DNA of 64,000 nucleotides from Candidatus Eiseniibacteriota bacterium (GTDB lineage Bacteria > Eisenbacteria > RBG-16-71-46): NCBI GenBank assembly GCA_036507005.1, contig DASXQT010000077.1, positions 33,626-97,625 on the forward strand, in the 5' to 3' direction. Both the position numbers and the translations under genes were made by a program. A model generated the notes under the pieces. That model saw only the letters and a program-made list of their open reading frames with translations. It ran no database searches and was not told the DNA's origin. Below are positions 58,901 through 64,000 of this stretch, one piece after another. Numbering within the stretch: the first letter of the stretch is position 1; every line of letters starts with the position of its first letter.

Positions 58901-59494
58901 GTAGCGGTGCAGGGCTTCCAGGTGGTCGAGGTAGAACTTGCGGTTGTGGGGTGGCCGGTCGATCGGGGCCGAAGCGTTCCCGGGCTCGCTCAGGTCGAAG
59001 CGGCCGGTTCCGGTCGAGGCGTTGCCGCCGCGGTCGGTCTCGAACTCGACGCGGATGAAGGCCAGCCGGATCACCTGCGGCGCCGCCTGCGCCCGCGGGG
59101 CGCCCGCCCCCGCGCCGGCAGGCCGCATGTTCTCGAACGGTGCGCGTACCCCGCGGCGGGCGCCGAAGTGCGGCACCCATTCCCGGCTGGGATGGACCAC
59201 GAGGTCGGGGAAGCTCCGCCAGCGCCGCTCGCGCTCGCGCAGGGTCTGGAGCCACGGCTGGGCGCCGGCGGTGCGCGCCGCGTTGGGGCCGGCTGCCCGC
59301 ACAGCTCCCCACGGTGGGCGCACCAAGAGCCCGCGATCGGTGCCGGACGAGCGCGCGGCGACCGGGAGCCCGGCGATCGACGCGAGCGCGATGCCGAGCA
59401 CGCCGACGCCCGAGGTCAGCGCAACGGAGCGCGGGACCCAGAGCCCCCGATGCTCTCGCGCGCGGCCGGCAAGCCCCGAGTCAGGGTTCCGCAC
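55949..59494 (-). CDS. M6-like zinc metalloprotease with FG-GAP/VCBS-type repeats and T9SS C-terminal sorting domain (secreted cargo)
   Basis: 1181 aa; GTG start 59492-59494 (AAGGAAG upstream). Signal-like N-terminus, HExxH...D.Y zinc site (LAHECGHLLFGFADLYD), Asp/Gly calcium-type repeats (DVNGDGRSEIVAP, DLDGDGLLEIVAP), C-terminal about 85-aa sorting domain (KAFPNPARRKPVSFAYQLSEPARVEFRILDSSGHEV...). Confidence 0.7.
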   Translation of the reverse strand: MRNPDSGLAGRAREHRGLWVPRSVALTSGVGVLGIALASIAGLPVAARSSGTDRGLLVRPPWGAVRAAGPNAARTAGAQPWLQTLRERERRWRSFPDLVVHPSREWVPHFGARRGVRAPFENMRPAGAGAGAPRAQAAPQVIRLAFIRVEFETDRGGNASTGTGRFDLSEPGNASAPIDRPPHNRKFYLDHLEALHRYYHAQSYGAVDIQGEVWPRKKADGSPADSLAYRVSDMADFGPWAFGSSIYPAAAHMFRTFLLAADAQARVLGDSIPWRDYDGLVIIHAGSDLQSDVRQDSKEDIPTFTLGVADSDRVVFPNAYKDCPADTADTLAAYCPIGEALFVPETANQDGFYGAINGLLAHECGHLLFGFADLYDIETGIPVVGLWSLMDSGNLAGAPVVWEGQGDIFATGILPPSIDPFQRSFVGGALQFEEVAYDGASTQILDGERHPDMRAIPLSSDEYLLMENRALARLDTLVLVRDTVTNVVLGPAFPDPYEYDALLPGGGILVWHIDASVLTYSTSLRVNGDFGWNTNRRRLGVSVIEADGLADLGDLGSPLLFGSYRDPYYRSNNPTLSDTTLPSLIPNTRTRPHLRLDFLDEPDDTMHFSARRAWQLPGWPVAADFPPGGPQLLAVDADGVPDLEVCWAGGDTAGAGANDIFVVRRNGLGILGSSLALTTLSDRPRPPLAALPRGAGGQGPSLLAVSTYARGGSGGQVLLIDADPANAGQPWAGWPPASSPVVSTPPVFAGAFPVASVLVGGADGYVYAYNLNGSVVARSRDPLPGAVSGRLAVAAASSIPLPAGGTTSGWLVAAGDSIGDVAVWALDGSAVMTPLSGWPQRLATRTDFAPDFLWLDFDGAGSAGGNPSGCRAGLPELVAHETTRLWAFCAEGSPLRGWGRENGDTLVGALGAGDPDGDGFPEVLTQTRTSKVAFVNLSGYPSPGWPRAGSPEGVLGEDSVLTEPRAPRRFPTLSPPLALDVNGDGRSEIVAPNTSGMLAALDAAGATPEGWPLATGSGAGGSAVAADLDGDGLLEIVAPDRFGQLFAYSLPVPAAPLAAHPWRMLGGDAQRTSSLPASGLSPTPPPSAGPLVRGSLKAFPNPARRKPVSFAYQLSEPARVEFRILDSSGHEVASFSRGGERADNLEVWDPGSLPAGLYLARLKFSAAGREEVQVLPLGIIR

Positions 59495-59733
59495 CGGGCT
59501 TCCTTGCTGCCCACTTGCAATGCGCGCCTTCGCCGCTCCCCCTCGGAACGCGACCCCCAGGCTCCATCCTCCGCCCGCCGGCCGCGGCCGGCTGTGGCCT
59601 CAAAATCCGAAGCCGGGCCGCTTCCTCCGCACGCGGATCACGCGCGGAACAGCGACCCGGCCTGCCGGCGGAGCGACCCCTCGGATCGCAAGCGCCGGTG
59701 CGAGCACATCCTATAGGGAGCGAACCGTCCGGG

Positions 59734-60684
59734 CTAGAAGCGGTAGCCCAGGGTGATCTTCTTCACGTTGTCGAGGTCCGCGTCCCGGGCCTGCGGGTGG
59801 GTGCCGTAGTCCAGCGTGAGGTTGCCCCAGCTCACACCCAGGCCGTAGGTGATGTCGCCGACGTGGCCGTAGGGGTCGGCGAAGTACCCGAAGCGCCCCG
59901 CGAGCTGCTGCGCGACGCGCAGCTCGAGCCCGGTGCCGTAGATCCGGATGTCGCTGTTCAGCAGCGACTGGTCGTAGTCGCCGGCCAGCAGCAGGCTGAC
60001 CTGCTCGTGCGAGATCGCCTCCCACGCGGCACCGACCTTGAGCATGCGGGACAGGGGGCTGGCCGCGTCGTCGTTGATGAACACCACGCTCGGCCCCAGG
60101 TTCTGCACGGTCGCGGCCAGGTTCAGGCGCGCCGCCGGAATGCGGTAGAGCGCTCCCAGGTCCACCGCGAAGGTGGTGCCCACTCCCGAGAGGCTGTTGG
60201 GGGCGTACTGCAGACGCACGTACTTGAGCGCCGCGCCCACCGAGAAATCGGGCAGGAGCCGGGTGCCGTAGTAGAGGGCGGGCGAGAACACGTTGGCGCC
60301 GAAGGTCTGGGTCGGGTTGCCGCTGACGTCGGTGCCTTCGATCTGGCCCAGCGAGACGAACACCGCGCCGATGCCGAACGAGCCCCAGCCCTCGATCGGC
60401 TGCACGTAGCTCAGATAGTTGTAGTTGATGTCCTTGGCGAAGTTGGGCGCGAGCTGCGCGTAGGTCAGCTCGACCGCGGCTCGGTTGACGAACCCAAGCC
60501 CTGCGGGATTCCACCACGTGACCCCGGTGGCATCGTCCGCCAGAGCCACCCCGGAAGCACCCATGCCGTTCTGCCGCGCCCCGGGCTGAATGTCGAGCTC
60601 GATGCCCGTTCCGCCCTGCGCGAAAGCGCTGCCAGCCAGCAAGATGGCGCACAGGGCGCCTGCGATCGAAACGGAAACACGCAT
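59734..60684 (-). CDS. Outer-membrane beta-barrel protein, PorV-like (FadL-like T9SS shuttle) candidate
   Basis: ORF 59734..60741 trimmed to ATG 60682-60684 (signal MRVSVSIAGALCAILLAGSAFAQG). Alternating amphipathic beta-strands, C-terminal ...KKITLGYRF. Immediately downstream of the PorU-like gene, as porV is in other T9SS loci. Confidence 0.5.
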   Translation of the reverse strand: MRVSVSIAGALCAILLAGSAFAQGGTGIELDIQPGARQNGMGASGVALADDATGVTWWNPAGLGFVNRAAVELTYAQLAPNFAKDINYNYLSYVQPIEGWGSFGIGAVFVSLGQIEGTDVSGNPTQTFGANVFSPALYYGTRLLPDFSVGAALKYVRLQYAPNSLSGVGTTFAVDLGALYRIPAARLNLAATVQNLGPSVVFINDDAASPLSRMLKVGAAWEAISHEQVSLLLAGDYDQSLLNSDIRIYGTGLELRVAQQLAGRFGYFADPYGHVGDITYGLGVSWGNLTLDYGTHPQARDADLDNVKKITLGYRF

Positions 60685-60803
60685 GTTCAAACGATCCCCT
60701 CCAGGCAAAAGCACTCCCCCCCGCTGTCTTTGGACATGCATATCTTACACCGCGAGCCCGGGTTTGGCTCCATCAAGTTTTCGTCGCCTCGGGACGCCCG
60801 GAA

Positions 60804-63800
60804 TCAATGGTTCAGGATCACGAAGCGGCCCTGGGTCGATGCGGTTTGCAGGGGCGATGACTTGCCCCCCTCATCCCTGAGGTTGAGCTGGACTCGGAAG
60901 AGGTACGTCCCGTTCGCCAGGGCCTGCAGCTCGTCGTCGAGGCCGTCCCACGGGATCTGGATCTGGCCCTGCCGGTCGAACAGCTCGAGGGTCCGGACCA
61001 GCCGGCCGGAGACGGTGTAGATCCGGAGCAGGGCATTCACCCGGTCGCCCAGGGCGTCCACCACGAACTGCCCTCCGCTGCCCGGCCCGCCCGAGTGGGT
61101 GGGGTTCGGGAAGAGGTAGGCGTTCACGATCTTGACCGGCGGCGTCTCGGCCACCTCGATGGCGATGGTGGTGCTCGACCGGTGGGAGGAGGCGGTCAGC
61201 CCCGCCGCCAGGTTGTCGGCGGCCGAGACCCGGATGGTGTGGGGCCCAGGGGGTGGGTTGGGGAGCGTCCAGCTCGCGGTGCCGGTGGTGTACGAGCCGG
61301 TCAGGTAGCGGAAGCTCGGGGTGATGTCCACGCGCGAGGTGGTATTGCCGTCGAGCGTCACCACGATGCCGTTCTGCAGGGTGTGGCCGGTGATCAGGAT
61401 GCCGCTCGGATCGTAGAGGTCGACCCGCAGCACGGCGTCCGGGCGGACGATGTTCGAGCCGCTCGCGAATGACAGCGTGATGCGCGGCCCCTCGTTGTCG
61501 CCCACGACCGGCGAGCCGGGCGAGACCTGGGTGTAGATGCTGCCCACCCCGTCGGCGCCCGCGGCCTGGCCGTCCACGTAGGCCCGCACCCGCCCCCGCG
61601 CCCCGCCCCGCGCCTCGATCGGCACCACGAACTTCCCGCTGAGGAAGCCGCCTTCGACCTTGACGTCGCCCCGGAACATGGGTCCGGCCCGGAACCAGTA
61701 GTTCGGCCGGTAACACGCGACCGTGTCGCAGTCGAGGCAGCTCGGCTGGCAGCCGTCGGGGTCGAGCGGGCTCCGGCAGAACGTGTAGTCGTAGAGGGGG
61801 CAGGGCGGCGCGGAGTCGCGCGGCGCCGAGTCCTCGATCAGGAGATCGGCCAGGCCGTCGAGCGGCACGAGCGACCCTCCCGGCCGGTCGAGCACGGTGC
61901 CGCGGAAGGTCAGGGTCTGCCCGCGCTTCACCTCGTGGATCACCGTGCTGCACGTGTCGCAGGCGTGGAGCGAGAGGTCCACCCAGTAGCGCGGGAGCTG
62001 GAGACGCGTGGCGGCGTCCCCCATCATCGGGTACTTGCTGTTGTTCGTGATCGCGAAGTACCCGCTCGAGGTCAGTCGCTTGGCGATCAGGAGCGCCTGG
62101 GAGATGCTCTCGTGATACTGCCCGGAGGCGGCCAGGCGGTTGAAGAGCTGGCGGTAGATCTCCCAGTTGAGGTCGACGTTGAGATCGCTGTAGGCCAGCT
62201 CGGTCGCGGAGATCACCGCCACCGCCCCGCCCGAGGGGGCGAGCAGCAGGCGCTCGCCCAGGCTCTGCACCGTGGGGTCGCTGAACCGGCCGATGTCGCA
62301 CGAGGCCGCGACGAACAGCGTGGGGCGGGTGGCGTTGGTGAAGGTCCCGGCGTCCACGTCGCTCAGCACCGTCTCGTCCGCGAGCTTGAACGGGCTGCCG
62401 TGCCCGATGTAGTTGAACAACAGCACCCCGTCGTTGACGGCCTGCTTGATGTCGGCCTTGGCGCCCGGCTTGGTGTCCCCCGGGCCGTCCGGGTAGGTAT
62501 GGAGGTAGACGTAGTCGCGATCCATGTGGGGCGGCGTGAAGGTGCTGTCGAGCCGGGTGGTCTGCGACAGGTGCCCCCAGTGGATGTTGTCGTCCCGCGA
62601 CCCCTGCTCCTGGTCGTCGGCGATCAGCAGCACCTTGTCGCGCCACTCCCCGAGCGGGGCCTGGCGCTCGTAGAACAGCGTCTTCTTGAGCACGAAGTCG
62701 AGCGCGGTGCCGGCGTCGACGGCCGGGATGCGCCCGCCGTAGAAGTCGGGGATGTTGACCGCGGGGTCGTCGACGTTGAAGAGCCAGTCGTCCGACGTGA
62801 ACTGCTTGGGCGGGTAGTAGGCGTTCTCGTAGGTGGGCACGAGCGAGCCCGGCAGCCCGGCCGGCGCCAGCCCCTTGATGTTCTTGAAGTCGTACGACGC
62901 ATCGCCCAGCAGGGTCACGAACGCCGGGATCGTCCGCCAGTTGTAGAAGGCGGCGCGCAGCAGGTTGCGGATCGCCGTGGGATCGGTGCGCCCTCCCGAG
63001 AACTGGTCGTAGACCGCCGAGACCGGTATCGACAGCACCGTGTAGGGCGGGCCTGGGCCGTCCAGGGGCAGGTGGGAGGTCCGCCAGGCCGCCAGCGAGT
63101 CGGCGCCGGCCTTGAAGCCGTCGTAATAGATGAGCACGTAGTCGGCGCCGCCCAGGGTGGACCGCAGGTTCTGAAGGCTGGTGGCCGCGGCCTCGGAGAC
63201 GCTCGCGTCCGCCACCTTGACGATGCCGTTGGAGGGGACGATCCGGTAGCGGCGCAGGCCGGTCCGGGTGGCGGCCGGGGTCTCGAAGCCGAGCTGGTAC
63301 TTGCCCCCCAGGGCGCTGTACGAGACCGAGTGGACCTCGAAGGGAGCATAGGCGTCGGTCACGTCGAACACCCGAGGCCGCTGCGACGAGGTGAAGGGTC
63401 CGATGCTGTAGAGGGAGTCGCCCCCCCCGGGAGGAGTGTCGAACGCCAGCTCGTCTCCCACGGGCACGAAGCGCCGGCGGTACCGGACCTCGATCCAGCC
63501 GAGCGCGCTGCGGTCGGTGGTCCGCGGAGCGGCCACCGGGATGCTCACGGTCACGGTGTTGGGGTCCAGCGAGCGCAGCGCCTGAATCGGGATGTCGGCG
63601 TCATAGGAGAACGCGGTGTTCCCGAACCAGCCCTCCCGGGGAACCGGCTGGCCATTGACCAGGATCTCGAGCAGATGGTCCGAGCTGCCGGGGAAGATCT
63701 CGATTCCCCACTGGCGCACCCGGATCGTCGCGGTCTGGGTGGAATCGACGCCGGGGGTTTCCACGGGGAGCGAGAACAGGTTCCCGAGCGACATGCTGCG

Positions 63801-64000
63801 CCAGAACCATTTCTCCCAGAACACGGACTGGGAGCCGGGATAGAGGTCGGGGAAGTACTCGACGTCCTGCTCGGCGTGGACGCGGGCGGGAAAGTCCGGC
63901 GCCGGGGCCCCGACGCGCTGCACCGCGCCCGAGGTCGAGTCGATGCGCGCCGGCGTCCCCGCCACCGGGCTCTCCGCGGTCGCCACGGTCAGATAGTAGT
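60804..64000 (-). CDS. C25 gingipain-family peptidase with T9SS C-terminal domain: PorU-like T9SS sortase (5' end outside window)
   Basis: ORF 60804..63986 continues past the window edge; no signal peptide at the first in-window Met, so it is N-terminally truncated here. C25-like catalytic region (...NYIGHGSPFKLADE...LFVAASCDIGRF...) and C-terminal sorting domain (KIVNAYLFPNPTHSGG...GTYLFRVQLNL...GRFVILNH). Confidence 0.7.
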   Translation of the reverse strand, partial: YYLTVATAESPVAGTPARIDSTSGAVQRVGAPAPDFPARVHAEQDVEYFPDLYPGSQSVFWEKWFWRSMSLGNLFSLPVETPGVDSTQTATIRVRQWGIEIFPGSSDHLLEILVNGQPVPREGWFGNTAFSYDADIPIQALRSLDPNTVTVSIPVAAPRTTDRSALGWIEVRYRRRFVPVGDELAFDTPPGGGDSLYSIGPFTSSQRPRVFDVTDAYAPFEVHSVSYSALGGKYQLGFETPAATRTGLRRYRIVPSNGIVKVADASVSEAAATSLQNLRSTLGGADYVLIYYDGFKAGADSLAAWRTSHLPLDGPGPPYTVLSIPVSAVYDQFSGGRTDPTAIRNLLRAAFYNWRTIPAFVTLLGDASYDFKNIKGLAPAGLPGSLVPTYENAYYPPKQFTSDDWLFNVDDPAVNIPDFYGGRIPAVDAGTALDFVLKKTLFYERQAPLGEWRDKVLLIADDQEQGSRDDNIHWGHLSQTTRLDSTFTPPHMDRDYVYLHTYPDGPGDTKPGAKADIKQAVNDGVLLFNYIGHGSPFKLADETVLSDVDAGTFTNATRPTLFVAASCDIGRFSDPTVQSLGERLLLAPSGGAVAVISATELAYSDLNVDLNWEIYRQLFNRLAASGQYHESISQALLIAKRLTSSGYFAITNNSKYPMMGDAATRLQLPRYWVDLSLHACDTCSTVIHEVKRGQTLTFRGTVLDRPGGSLVPLDGLADLLIEDSAPRDSAPPCPLYDYTFCRSPLDPDGCQPSCLDCDTVACYRPNYWFRAGPMFRGDVKVEGGFLSGKFVVPIEARGGARGRVRAYVDGQAAGADGVGSIYTQVSPGSPVVGDNEGPRITLSFASGSNIVRPDAVLRVDLYDPSGILITGHTLQNGIVVTLDGNTTSRVDITPSFRYLTGSYTTGTASWTLPNPPPGPHTIRVSAADNLAAGLTASSHRSSTTIAIEVAETPPVKIVNAYLFPNPTHSGGPGSGGQFVVDALGDRVNALLRIYTVSGRLVRTLELFDRQGQIQIPWDGLDDELQALANGTYLFRVQLNLRDEGGKSSPLQTASTQGRFVILNH

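Noticed and set aside
55164-59312. 1382-aa minus-strand ORF and 56105-59716 plus-strand ORF
   Set aside because: The 1382-aa ORF is an alternative frame of the M6 protease gene joined to the real 262-aa secreted protein at its 3' end. The plus-strand ORF is antisense.

Overview
This is a very GC-rich (~70%+) bacterial chromosomal window. Almost every credible gene lies on the minus strand; the only plus-strand genes are a DUF3467/GH57 pair at 2848-4909. The long plus-strand ORFs in the six-frame track are antisense or frame-shift artefacts of high GC. The supported content is:

- **tRNAs (231-529):** tRNA-Thr(CGT) and tRNA-Phe(GAA) on the minus strand, with a degenerate tRNA-derived fragment between them.
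- **Housekeeping genes:** a GAF sensor kinase, acyl-CoA thioesterase, LpxL-like acyltransferase, DprA, a HEAT-repeat protein, Obg, an aconitase-family protein, an FmdB zinc-ribbon protein, Pta, CoaD with an unusual basic tail, RsmD, a LolA/LolB-like lipoprotein pair, and AroK.
- **Type IVa pilus supercluster (15783-31833):** pilM-N-O-P-Q; a TPR protein plus an ABC permease/ATPase pair resembling the Myxococcus PilI/PilH positions; two tandem cysteine-free pilin paralogs, each with a sigma-54-type -24/-12 promoter and a terminator hairpin; and pilR, pilS, pilC, pilT, pilB.
- **32-37 kb:** ComEA, an outer-membrane barrel protein, a PHP phosphoesterase and a TPR protein.
- **Histidine-utilisation operon (37837-44414):** hutH-hutU-hutI and ftcD (formiminoglutamate route), translationally coupled to an upstream XPD/DinG-like Fe-S helicase.
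- **Lower-GC island (46671-47888):** a DUF222-HNH endonuclease gene carrying in-frame palindromic repeats.
- **Omp85 pair (48228-53284):** a TamA-like Omp85 gene coupled to an unusual upstream 1118-aa secreted protein.
- **Type IX secretion locus (53288-64000):** PorU-like C25 peptidase (5' end outside the window), a PorV-like barrel, an M6 metalloprotease cargo with a T9SS C-terminal sorting domain, two tandem paralogous secreted proteins and an NHL-repeat protein.

The combination of a T9SS with a Myxococcus-style pilus cluster suggests a high-GC FCB-group organism, possibly Gemmatimonadota-like; this is inference only. Many adjacent genes overlap by 4 nt (GTGA or ATGA), which implies long translationally coupled operons.
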